A DNA stretch of 24,243 nt from Myxococcota bacterium. GTDB taxonomy: Bacteria > Myxococcota_A > UBA9042 > PHBI01 > JAWLBL01. Numbering within the stretch: the stretch's first letter is position 1; each line of letters starts with the position of its first letter. Both the position numbers and the translations under genes were made by a program. Location of the stretch: contig JAWLBL010000012.1 in NCBI GenBank assembly GCA_041687695.1, forward strand, positions 176,648 to 200,890, given 5' to 3'. The notes below the pieces were generated by a model. The model was given only the letters and a program-made list of their open reading frames with translations, did no database searches and was not told the origin of the DNA. Positions 7,357 to 14,876 of this stretch are shown here, one piece after another.

Positions 7357-9222
7357 ATGGCCGAAGGCATCACTTTCGAAACGCTCGGGCTCAGCGAGCC
7401 ACTGCTGAAGGCCATCGCCGAGGTGGGTTACGAGGCGCCGACGCCCATCCAGGCGCGCACCTTGCCGGTCCTGCTCGAGGGACGCGACGTCATGGGCCAG
7501 GCCCAGACGGGCACCGGCAAGACCGCCGCCTTCGCGCTGCCCATCCTCGAGCGCATCGATCTCCGCTCGAACGACGTGCAGGCCCTCATCCTGGCGCCGA
7601 CGCGCGAGCTGGCCATCCAGGTCGCCGAGGCCTTCCACTCCTTCGGCAAGCACGTCGGGCGCCTGAGCGTGCTGCCGGTCTACGGCGGCCAGAGCATCCA
7701 CCTGCAGCTCAAGCGCCTCGAGCGCGGCGTGCACGTCGTCGTCGGCACGCCGGGGCGTGTCATGGACCACATGCGCCGCGGCACGCTGCGCCTGGACGCC
7801 GTGCGCTTCCTGGTGCTCGACGAGGCCGACGAGATGCTGCGCATGGGCTTCATCGAGGACGTCGAGTGGATCCTGTCGCAGGTGCCCGAGGGGCGCTGCA
7901 CGGCCCTGTTCTCGGCGACCATGCCGCCCGAGATCGCGCGCGTGGCGCAAAAGCACCTCAAGCAGCCCGAGGTGGTCGAGGTCGAGCGCAAGACGCTGAC
8001 CGTGCCCACCATCGAGCAGCGCTTCGTGGCGCTGGTGCCGCCGCAGAAGCTCGAGGCGCTGACCCGCATCCTGGAGACCGAGGAGACCGACGGGGTCCTG
8101 GTCTTCGCCCGCACCAAGGTCGAGGTGGCGGAGCTGGCCGAGAAGCTGCAGGCGCGCGGGCACGCGGTCGAGGCCATGCACGGCGACATGAGCCAGCCGC
8201 TGCGCGAGGCGGTCATCCGGCGCCTCAAGAGCGGCCAGGTCGACGTGGTCATCGCGACCGACGTGGCGGCGCGCGGGCTCGACGTGGACCGCATCAGCCA
8301 CGTGGTCAACTACGACATCCCGTCGGACGTCGAGACGTACGTGCACCGCATCGGGCGCACCGGGCGCGCCGGGCGGCAGGGCGTGGCGGTGCTGTTCGTG
8401 GCGCCGCGCGAGCGGCGGATGCTGCAGGAGATCGAGCGCTACACGCGCCAGCGCATCGAGCCCATGAAGGTGCCGTCGCAGGCGGCGGTGGCGGCGCGGC
8501 GGGTGGCGCTGTTCAAGGAGAGCGTCATCAAGGAGATCGAAAAGGGCGAGCTCGATCTGTACATGGCGCTGGTCGAGGAGATCGCCAGCGAGGGCAACTA
8601 CGACGTGGCCGAGATCGCGGCCGCGGCGGCGCGCCTCGCGCGGGCCGATCAGCCGCTCGAGGTGGTGGTCGAGCCGCCGGCCGAGGCGCAGAGCCCGCCC
8701 GAGGGCGGCATGGTGCGCCTGTTCATCGCGGCGGGGCGGCGCTCGGGCGTGCGGCCGGCGGACATCGTCGGGACCATCGCCAACGTGGCCGACGTGCCGG
8801 GGCGGCTCATCGGGGCCATCGACATCTACGATCACTTCACCTTCGTCGAGATCCCGGCGGAGCTGCGCGATCAGGTGCTGGACGCGATGCAGCACGCGAC
8901 GCTGCGCGGGCGGCCCGTCGACGTGCGCATCGCGCGGCCGGGCGCCGAGCCGGGCGAGGGTCCGAGGGGCGGGCGCGACGACCGGCGCGATGGCCCCAGG
9001 GACGACCGGCGCGACGGCTTCAGGGACGACCGGCGCGACGGTCCCAGGGACGACCGGCGCGACGGTCCCAGAGACGACCGGCGCGACGGTCCCAGAGACG
9101 ACCGGCGCGACGGTCCCAGGGACGATCGGCGCGATGATCGGCGCGGGCCGCCGCGGGGCACCCGCTTCGGGCCGCCGCGGCGCGAGAAGGGCGGCTTCGG
9201 GCCGCCGCGCCGCAAGCGCTGA
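7357..9222 (+). CDS. deaD: DEAD-box RNA helicase, DeaD/CsdA-like, with DbpA-type RNA-binding domain (about 621 aa)
   Basis: Q motif GYEAPTPIQ, AQTGTGKT, PTRELA, TPGR, DEAD, SAT, ARGLD, HRIGRTGRAG; C-terminal RPADIVGTIANVADVPGRLIGAIDIYDHFTFVEI. Confidence 0.93.
   Translation: MAEGITFETLGLSEPLLKAIAEVGYEAPTPIQARTLPVLLEGRDVMGQAQTGTGKTAAFALPILERIDLRSNDVQALILAPTRELAIQVAEAFHSFGKHVGRLSVLPVYGGQSIHLQLKRLERGVHVVVGTPGRVMDHMRRGTLRLDAVRFLVLDEADEMLRMGFIEDVEWILSQVPEGRCTALFSATMPPEIARVAQKHLKQPEVVEVERKTLTVPTIEQRFVALVPPQKLEALTRILETEETDGVLVFARTKVEVAELAEKLQARGHAVEAMHGDMSQPLREAVIRRLKSGQVDVVIATDVAARGLDVDRISHVVNYDIPSDVETYVHRIGRTGRAGRQGVAVLFVAPRERRMLQEIERYTRQRIEPMKVPSQAAVAARRVALFKESVIKEIEKGELDLYMALVEEIASEGNYDVAEIAAAAARLARADQPLEVVVEPPAEAQSPPEGGMVRLFIAAGRRSGVRPADIVGTIANVADVPGRLIGAIDIYDHFTFVEIPAELRDQVLDAMQHATLRGRPVDVRIARPGAEPGEGPRGGRDDRRDGPRDDRRDGFRDDRRDGPRDDRRDGPRDDRRDGPRDDRRDGPRDDRRDDRRGPPRGTRFGPPRREKGGFGPPRRKR
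8974..9144 (+). repeat. In-frame 24-bp VNTR encoding RDDRRDG(P/F) six times plus a partial copy
   Basis: GACGACCGGCGCGACGGTCCCAG(G/A) repeated in the DEAD helicase tail. Confidence 0.95.
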
Positions 9223-9355
9223 GCGACGCCGCGCGACCTTTCAGATTTTGTAAGTTGCCGTAGGGCGCGGCCTGGGAGCAGCATCCCGCCCGCCTCGGTC
9301 AGTGACCGGGGCGCGCGCCGGATGTCCGGCCGCCACACGCCCACAGGAAGCTCCC

Positions 9356-9886
9356 ATGACGAAGTCACGCATCGGTCTGTCCGCGCTCGCGCTGTCGCTC
9401 GCGCTGCTCGCGCTGTCCTCCACCGCCTACGCCGCCAAGCCGCCGACCGAGGCGCAGATGGTCGAGCTGGTCGGCGGCAAGGACAGCGGCTGGGCCCCCG
9501 CCATCTTCAAGGACCTGAAGAAGGGGATGACCCCCGACGAGGCCAAGGCCGTCTTCCCCAAGATGAAGAAGGTCTCGAAGTTCGGCTTCGCCGACGTGCC
9601 GGTGAAGGCGCCGGGCGTCAAGAAGCTCGTCCTGTACTTCGCCAAGGACAAGGAGACGGGCGAGCGCAACGCGCTGCAGAGCGCGCGCATCGAGTTCGTC
9701 CCGGCCCTGACGAAGAACGAGGACTGGTTCAAGCTGATGCTGAAGGTCACGCAGGACAAGTGGGGCCCCATCCGCAAGCCGGAGGAGTCCATCGCCAAGC
9801 GGATCATCACCTGGGTGGGTCCGAAGTACCGGACGGCCCAGTTCAGCAAGATCGGCAAGCAGTTCCAGCTGACCTTCAACCCCTGA
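9356..9886 (+). CDS. Secreted Lys-rich hypothetical protein (about 176 aa)
   Basis: Signal peptide MTKSRIGLSALALSLALLALSSTAYA; AGGA SD; strong GC3 bias. Confidence 0.85.
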   Translation: MTKSRIGLSALALSLALLALSSTAYAAKPPTEAQMVELVGGKDSGWAPAIFKDLKKGMTPDEAKAVFPKMKKVSKFGFADVPVKAPGVKKLVLYFAKDKETGERNALQSARIEFVPALTKNEDWFKLMLKVTQDKWGPIRKPEESIAKRIITWVGPKYRTAQFSKIGKQFQLTFNP

Positions 9887-9910
9887 GCGCGCTCGCCGCC
9901 GCGCCCCGAT

Positions 9911-9988
9911 GTGGCACCCGCGCTCGGCCTCCGAGGACGGGTGCCACGCCGGTGGGACGCGAGATCGGCGTCCAGCGACGCGTTCCAC
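9911..9988. terminator. Tandem hairpins between convergent genes, possible bidirectional terminator
   Basis: GTGGCACCCG (9911-9920) / CGGGTGCCAC (9938-9947) enclosing CTCGG/CCGAG; second stem GTGGGACGCG (9952-9961) / CGCGTTCCAC (9979-9988). No U-tract. Confidence 0.45.
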
Positions 9989-10001
9989 GTGCCCTGCGGC
10001 G

Positions 10002-10511
10002 TCAGGCGGCGCGGGCCTTGCGTCGGGCGAGGTCGCGCGCCTCGCGCTCGGTGCCCACGTAGGGCTCGCGGGTGCCCATCAGGTGATCGAACCAGGGCCG
10101 GGTCACGCACCAGTTGGCGTGCTGGTTGGGCCCCATGTGGTGATCGTAGTGCCACGGCAGGTGCTCGCGGGCCCACTCGGGGTCGGTGTGCGAGCGCTTG
10201 TGGGCCGTGTAGTAGCGGAAGCCGCAGTACCACATGGTCGCCGAGAAGAAGGGCGCCACCGGCCACAGCGGCGCGTGCAGGGCGCCGACGGCGGCGAGGC
10301 CCAGCAGCTCCTTGGACTGCGCGTGCCAGCCCAGCAGCGGCCGGCGGTACGTCTCGTCGACGTGGCCGTGGCGGCGGGCGTTGCGGTGGTGCTCGTGCCA
10401 GTGGAAGCTCCAGAACGAGACCTTCTTCTGGCCGAGCCCGTGGAGCAGGTATTTGTGGGCCGCCCACTCGATGGCGTTGCAGTAGAGCAGCGCCGCCGGG
10501 ATGCCGATCAT
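10002..10511 (-). CDS. Fatty acid hydroxylase / sterol desaturase superfamily protein (about 169 aa)
   Basis: Di-iron His boxes EWAAHKYLLH, HWHEHH, HKRSH, WHYDHH, then NWCVTRPWFDHLMGT. GAGGTG SD before the ATG at 10511. Confidence 0.85.
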   Translation of the reverse strand: MIGIPAALLYCNAIEWAAHKYLLHGLGQKKVSFWSFHWHEHHRNARRHGHVDETYRRPLLGWHAQSKELLGLAAVGALHAPLWPVAPFFSATMWYCGFRYYTAHKRSHTDPEWAREHLPWHYDHHMGPNQHANWCVTRPWFDHLMGTREPYVGTEREARDLARRKARAA

Positions 10512-10530
10512 GGGGACACCTCGCCAAAGA

Positions 10531-10547
10531 GTGACTACATGGTCACC
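10531..10547. promoter_or_regulatory. Putative TetR operator 1
   Basis: Palindrome GTGAC-TACATG-GTCAC, overlapping the predicted -10 of the hydroxylase gene. Confidence 0.7.
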
Positions 10548-10573
10548 ATATCTCCGGCCGCGGCCGGCGTCCA
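10545..10573 (-). promoter_or_regulatory. Putative sigma70-type promoter for the hydroxylase/desaturase gene
   Basis: Minus strand TGGACG - 17 bp - TATGGT. Confidence 0.5.
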
Positions 10574-10590
10574 GGCCTGCGCTCAAAACA

Positions 10591-10607
10591 ATGACCCGAT
10601 GGTCACC
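10591..10607. promoter_or_regulatory. Putative TetR operator 2
   Basis: Palindrome TGACC-CGAT-GGTCA; 13/17 identical to operator 1 and exactly 60 bp from it. Confidence 0.7.
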
Positions 10608-10630
10608 CTTTTCGCCTCCCAGGAGCCTCC

Positions 10631-11320
10631 GTGGCAGCCCACCGAGACGCCCCCGATGACGACCCGACGCCGCGGCCCAGCGTGGTGCCGCCGGAGCGCC
10701 CCGGCCGGCGCGGCGGCAAGCGCGACACCAACCGCCTCGAGCGCACGCGCGCCCTGACCGGCGGCGCGCTGGCGCTGTTCCTGGTCCGCGGCGTCGAGGC
10801 CGTCACCATCGACGACATCGTCAAGGCCGCCGGGATGGCCAAGGGCAGCTTCTACCGCTACTTCGAGGGCAAGACCGAGCTGGTCGAGGCCATCCTGGCC
10901 CCGCTGGTCGCCGCGGTGGACGAGGCGCTGGCGGCCGCCGAGCGCGCCCTGGAGGCGGCAGCCAGCCGCGAGCCGCTGCTGGCCGCCTACCAACGACTGG
11001 GGCTGGCGCTGGCCGCCGCCGCCCTCGCCCACCCTGACGCGATGCGTCTGTATCTGCAGGAGTCGCGGGCCCCCGCCGCCGGCGCCCGCGCCCCCATCGC
11101 CGCCGTCGCCGCGCGCGTCGGCGCCCGCGCCGTCGCCCTGACCGAGATCGCCCACGCCCACGGTCTGCTGCGCCCGATCAGCCCCGAGGTCAGCGCCCTG
11201 GCCGTCGTCGGCGCCGCCGAGCGCCTGTTCCACGCGCATCTGGCCGGCGAGCTGCGAACCGACGCGGCCACCGTGGTGCGTGATCTGGTCTCGCTGGTGG
11301 TCGACGGCCTACGCCGCTGA
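10631..11320 (+). CDS. TetR/AcrR-family transcriptional regulator (229 aa)
   Basis: HTH ALALFLVRGVEAVTIDDIVKAAGMAKGSFYRYFEGKTEL; AGGAG SD before the GTG. Confidence 0.92.
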   Translation: MAAHRDAPDDDPTPRPSVVPPERPGRRGGKRDTNRLERTRALTGGALALFLVRGVEAVTIDDIVKAAGMAKGSFYRYFEGKTELVEAILAPLVAAVDEALAAAERALEAAASREPLLAAYQRLGLALAAAALAHPDAMRLYLQESRAPAAGARAPIAAVAARVGARAVALTEIAHAHGLLRPISPEVSALAVVGAAERLFHAHLAGELRTDAATVVRDLVSLVVDGLRR

Positions 11321-11383
11321 GGCCAGGGGCCGGCAGCGCCGATGTCGGCGCGAGGGGCTGGCCGCTGGGATCGACGGGGTGGT

Positions 11384-11575
11384 CGGCCGGCTGGGAGCCG
11401 GCGATCCCAGGGGCGCGGCGCAGGGATCCATCAGGGGGCGGCCGGCTGGAAGCCGGCGATCCCAGAGGGCCGTGCAGGGCTTGGTCGGCTGCTCGGCCGG
11501 CTGGAAGCCGGCGATCCCAGAGGGCCGTGCAGGGCTTGGTCGGCTGCTCGGCCGGCTGGAAGCCGGTGGTCCCAG
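11384..11575. repeat. REP-like array: four 27-bp hairpin units at 55-bp period
   Basis: CGGCCGGCTGG(A/G)AGCCGG(CGA/TGG)TCCCAG at 11384, 11439, 11494 and 11549; internal stem GCCGGCT-GGA-AGCCGGC. Linkers are 28 bp, and linkers 2 and 3 are identical. Confidence 0.9.
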
Positions 11576-11677
11576 GGGCCGGCGCGGGGACGAGGCTGGC
11601 CGTTGCTTGACGTCGGCTGGGCGCTTGCGTGACGGTGGCGCGCGCTGGCGTGTGCCGGTGGTCGGGGGGGGGGGCAG

Positions 11678-12670
11678 ATGGTGCGATGGTATCGGCAGGC
11701 CGCGCTCACGGCAGCGCTAGTGGTGGCGCTGGTGGTCGCGAGCTCTTCGGCGCTGGCCGCCGGCGCCAGCAGCTTGCGGGTGGACGACTCGGCGGCGCCG
11801 GGGGCGCACGCGGCGGCGCGGCTGACCGACGGCGATCCGGCGACGGTCTGGATCGAGGGCGCCGAGGGGCCAGGCGTCGGCGAGTCCTTCTGGATCGATC
11901 TCCCGCGGTCGCGCGTCGAGCGCGTGACCCTCTTCCCGGGACACGGGGCCAGCCCGCGGACGTTCAAGCGCTGGTCGCGGCTCGAGCGGGTCACCGTCAC
12001 GCTGTATACGGCCGGCGAGCGCGGGCGGATGGGCGCCGTGGCGACCGTCGAGCACACCTTCGCCGACCGGTTCGAGGCGCAGGACGTGCTGGTCGGCGGC
12101 GTGCTGGTCGGCGACGAGCTGACGGGCGGCCGGCTCGAGGTCACGATCCGCAGCGTCTACCCCGGCGAGGGCGAGGCGGACACCGCGGTGGGCGAGCTGG
12201 CCGTGCACCTGAGCGAGTTCCGCGCGACCGCCGAGGCCTTCCAGCTCGACGCGCGCAGCGGCTATGGCGAGGCCCACCTGGTCGACGGCGACCCGGCGAC
12301 GCCCTGGGTGTCGGCGCGGGGGGCGCCCACGCGCTTCGAGCTGCGGGCGACCGACTACGGCGTCGCGGCGCTGGTGTTCACCGGGCCGCGGGACGCGAAG
12401 CTGGCCAAGAGCTGCGCCCGGCCTCGCGAGGTCGTCGTCAAGGTGGGCGACGTGGTCACGCAGGCGACGCTGAAGGACACGGCGGCGCCGCAGCGCGTGG
12501 CGCTGCCCGTCACCGGAGGCTACTCGGGGGCGGCGATGGGGCCCATCGAGGTGCGCATCGAGTCGACCTGGCCGGGCGCCCAGACGCCCAACGTGGTGCT
12601 GGGCGACGTCGAGGTCCGGGCGACGCACCTGTTCGTCGAGCCGCTGACCGAGGTCTCGGAGGGCGGATGA
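11678..12670 (+). CDS. Secreted protein with two discoidin/F5-8-like (putative glycan-binding) domains (330 aa)
   Basis: Signal peptide ending SSALA; internal repeat LTDGDPATVWIEG...GVGE / LVDGDPATPWVS and VTIRSVYPG / VRIESTWPG. Confidence 0.75.
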   Translation: MVRWYRQAALTAALVVALVVASSSALAAGASSLRVDDSAAPGAHAAARLTDGDPATVWIEGAEGPGVGESFWIDLPRSRVERVTLFPGHGASPRTFKRWSRLERVTVTLYTAGERGRMGAVATVEHTFADRFEAQDVLVGGVLVGDELTGGRLEVTIRSVYPGEGEADTAVGELAVHLSEFRATAEAFQLDARSGYGEAHLVDGDPATPWVSARGAPTRFELRATDYGVAALVFTGPRDAKLAKSCARPREVVVKVGDVVTQATLKDTAAPQRVALPVTGGYSGAAMGPIEVRIESTWPGAQTPNVVLGDVEVRATHLFVEPLTEVSEGG

Positions 12671-13032
12671 GCTCGCGGGAGGAGCTGACGGACGCGCAGG
12701 TGGCCGAGCTGCGGGCGCGGCTCGAGGAGGCCGCCGAGGAGGCCGACCGCGGCCTGAGCGCCTCGAGCGACGACGCGAAGCCGGTGGACCTGGGGCTGGC
12801 CATCGGACGCGTCAGCCGGATCGACGCGCTGCAGCAGCAGCAGATGGCCATGGCGCGGCGCAACCGGGTGAGGCTTCAGCGTCAGCAGATCCGGGCCGCG
12901 CTGATGCGCTGCGACGAGGGCACCTACGGCGAGTGCGTCGCCTGCGGCGATCCCATCGGCTACGCGCGCCTGTCCGCCAGGCCCGAGGCGCCGCTGTGCC
13001 TCGAGTGCCAGTCGGCCAGCGGCGGCGGCTGA
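12667..13032 (+). CDS. DksA/TraR C4 zinc-finger protein (121 aa)
   Basis: ATGA overlap with the upstream stop; coiled coil with GRVSRIDALQQQQM, then GTYGECVACGDPIGYARLSARPEAPLCLECQ. It is the 3' end of track ORF 11629..13032. Confidence 0.9.
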   Translation: MSSREELTDAQVAELRARLEEAAEEADRGLSASSDDAKPVDLGLAIGRVSRIDALQQQQMAMARRNRVRLQRQQIRAALMRCDEGTYGECVACGDPIGYARLSARPEAPLCLECQSASGGG

Positions 13033-13035
13033 GCC

Positions 13036-13710
13036 TCAGTCGACGGTGAAGGGGATGGTGACGACCCCCATCGGCTCGCCGGTCAGGGCGTTGAAGACGC
13101 GGAAGGTGAAGTCGACGCGGCCCTCGTCGTCGTCGACCTGCTGGAAGTACAGGAAGCCGCGGACGGTGCCGCCCGGCTCGATGACCCCCTCGGGCAGGGC
13201 GCGGCGCAGCATGTCCTCGGTGGGCAGGGCGACGCGGGCGTACGCCGGGCGGTAGGCGTCGTAGTAGAAGGGGTCGTAGCGCAGCGGGTAGGCCGCCGAG
13301 CGCCAGCCCGGGAAGTAGCCGGCGTGCCAGGGGGCGACCGAGAAGCCGGGCCAGGGATCGACGTAGCCGACCGCGACCACCTCGCTCTCGTCGATGGCGA
13401 AGGGCGGCAGGGCGGCGTAGCGGGTGCCGCGGGCGCTGACGAGCTGGAAGTCGTCGTAGCGGACGCGCACCGGGACGCCGCTGTCGTTGTGCAGGGCGAC
13501 GAGCAGCGGTGTGACCTCGTCGAGGCGTTGGGGGAAGCCGGACCAGGCTTCGGCGCTGGCGACGACGCGGACGCCAGAGACGGCGGCCTGGGCGGCCTGG
13601 CCCGGCCCGGCGGCGCGCAGGGCGCCGGGCGCGGGGGTCAGCTCGGTGGTGGTCGCGCAGGCGGACGTCAGCGCGGCCGCGGCGGCGAGCGCGAGGAGCG
13701 GGAGGCGCAT
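13036..13710 (-). CDS. Hypothetical lipoprotein (224 aa)
   Basis: Lipobox LTSAC; Ig-like beta motifs (VALHNDSGVPVRV, IEPGGTVRGFLYF) around an aromatic/Pro-rich insert; AAGGA SD. Confidence 0.85.
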   Translation of the reverse strand: MRLPLLALAAAAALTSACATTTELTPAPGALRAAGPGQAAQAAVSGVRVVASAEAWSGFPQRLDEVTPLLVALHNDSGVPVRVRYDDFQLVSARGTRYAALPPFAIDESEVVAVGYVDPWPGFSVAPWHAGYFPGWRSAAYPLRYDPFYYDAYRPAYARVALPTEDMLRRALPEGVIEPGGTVRGFLYFQQVDDDEGRVDFTFRVFNALTGEPMGVVTIPFTVD

Positions 13711-13826
13711 GGGGAGGTCCTTTGGGCGGGCGTGGGGGCGCGCGGCGTGCAGGGCAACCGTAGGAGCGGCGCCGGGGCGGCCAAGCGCGTTGGCAATCGG
13801 GGACTTGCGCGGTAGCGTGCCGGCGC

Positions 13827-14291
13827 ATGGGAGACCTCCACGTCGTGTTGCGGGCGATGACCGAAGCGGACCTGGCCCGGGTGGTGGCCATGGAGGCGGC
13901 CTCGCACGGGACGCCGTGGCCGGAGTCGTCGTTCCGAGAGGAGCTGAACGCCGGGCCGAGGTCGCGCGCCGTGGTGGCCGAGGAGGAGGCGGACGGCGGG
14001 CGGCGGCTGATGGGGCACATGGTGTTCTGGCTGTACGACGACACGTGCGAGCTGATGAACGTGACGGTGGCGCCCGAGGCGCGGCGGCGCGGGCTGGGGC
14101 GGCGGCTGATGGAGCACCTGCTGGGCGAGGCGCGGCTGGCCGGGTGCGCGCAGGTCTTTTTGGACGTGCGGGTCGGCAACGCGCCGGCGCGGGCGCTGTA
14201 CGCCGAGGTCGGGTTCTTGGAGGTCGGCCGGCGCAGGGGCTACTATTCGAGTCCTGACGAAGACGCGGTCTTGATGTCCCTGTCGCTGTAG
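13827..14291 (+). CDS. rimI: Ribosomal protein alanine N-acetyltransferase (GNAT), RimI-like (154 aa)
   Basis: PWPESSFREEL, acetyl-CoA motif VAPEARRRGLGRRL, LDVRVGNAPARALYAEVGF, RRRGYY...EDAVLM. Confidence 0.88.
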   Translation: MGDLHVVLRAMTEADLARVVAMEAASHGTPWPESSFREELNAGPRSRAVVAEEEADGGRRLMGHMVFWLYDDTCELMNVTVAPEARRRGLGRRLMEHLLGEARLAGCAQVFLDVRVGNAPARALYAEVGFLEVGRRRGYYSSPDEDAVLMSLSL

Positions 14292-14384
14292 TCGGCGCGG
14301 AGCTTCCGCGGCGACCCTCCCCGAGCGCCGAGCTCGGGTGGCGCGCACCTCGGGACGCCCGCGTGAGCTTCCCTGGAGCGCAAC

Positions 14385-14840
14385 ATGACGACGGCGACGA
14401 CGCGTCCCGGCCGCGGCCGCAGGGCGCAGTACATGTCCGTGGTGGCGGTCTCGCTCGCGGCCCTGGGCGTGCAGGCCTGCGGCTGCATCCAGATCGGCCG
14501 GGACGAGCCGACGGTGACCGACGACAACCCGACCTACCAGGTGATCCGGCACGCCCCGGGGCCGCAGTGGGCCAGCGGCAAGGCCTTCCGCGAGCAGCCG
14601 GGCGTCGACGAGCACGTCCGCTACCTGGAGTGGCTGCGCGAGCAGGGCTACCTGCTGATGGGCGGGCCGTACCTGGACGAGTCGGGCGGGATGGTCGTGC
14701 TGAAGGTGCCGACGGTCGAGGACGCGCGGCGCCTGGCGGACGACGACCCGGCCGTGCGCTCGGGCCTGCTGACCGTGACGGTGCATCCGTGGCTGGTGCC
14801 GCTGTCGCGGATGGAGCCGCGGGCGGTCGCGACCGAGTAG
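14385..14840 (+). CDS. YciI-family protein with a probable N-terminal lipoprotein signal (151 aa)
   Basis: EHVRYL...LLMGGPYLDESGGMVVL...ARRLADDDPAVRSGLL...HPW; hydrophobic stretch ending VQAC; GGAG SD. Confidence 0.8.
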   Translation: MTTATTRPGRGRRAQYMSVVAVSLAALGVQACGCIQIGRDEPTVTDDNPTYQVIRHAPGPQWASGKAFREQPGVDEHVRYLEWLREQGYLLMGGPYLDESGGMVVLKVPTVEDARRLADDDPAVRSGLLTVTVHPWLVPLSRMEPRAVATE

Positions 14841-14876
14841 CGGCGGGCGGGGCCGGTCGGGTACAACCGGCCGGCC

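Noticed and set aside
11384..11575. CRISPR array
   Set aside because: Two of three spacers are identical and the third is related. There is no AT-rich leader and no cas gene in the window, so it fits a REP-like or VNTR cluster better.
13790..13808. Sigma54 promoter (TGGCA...TTGC) upstream of rimI
   Set aside because: GG-to-GC spacing is 13 nt rather than the required 10. A sigma70-type TTGGCA-17-TAGCGT reading fits better.
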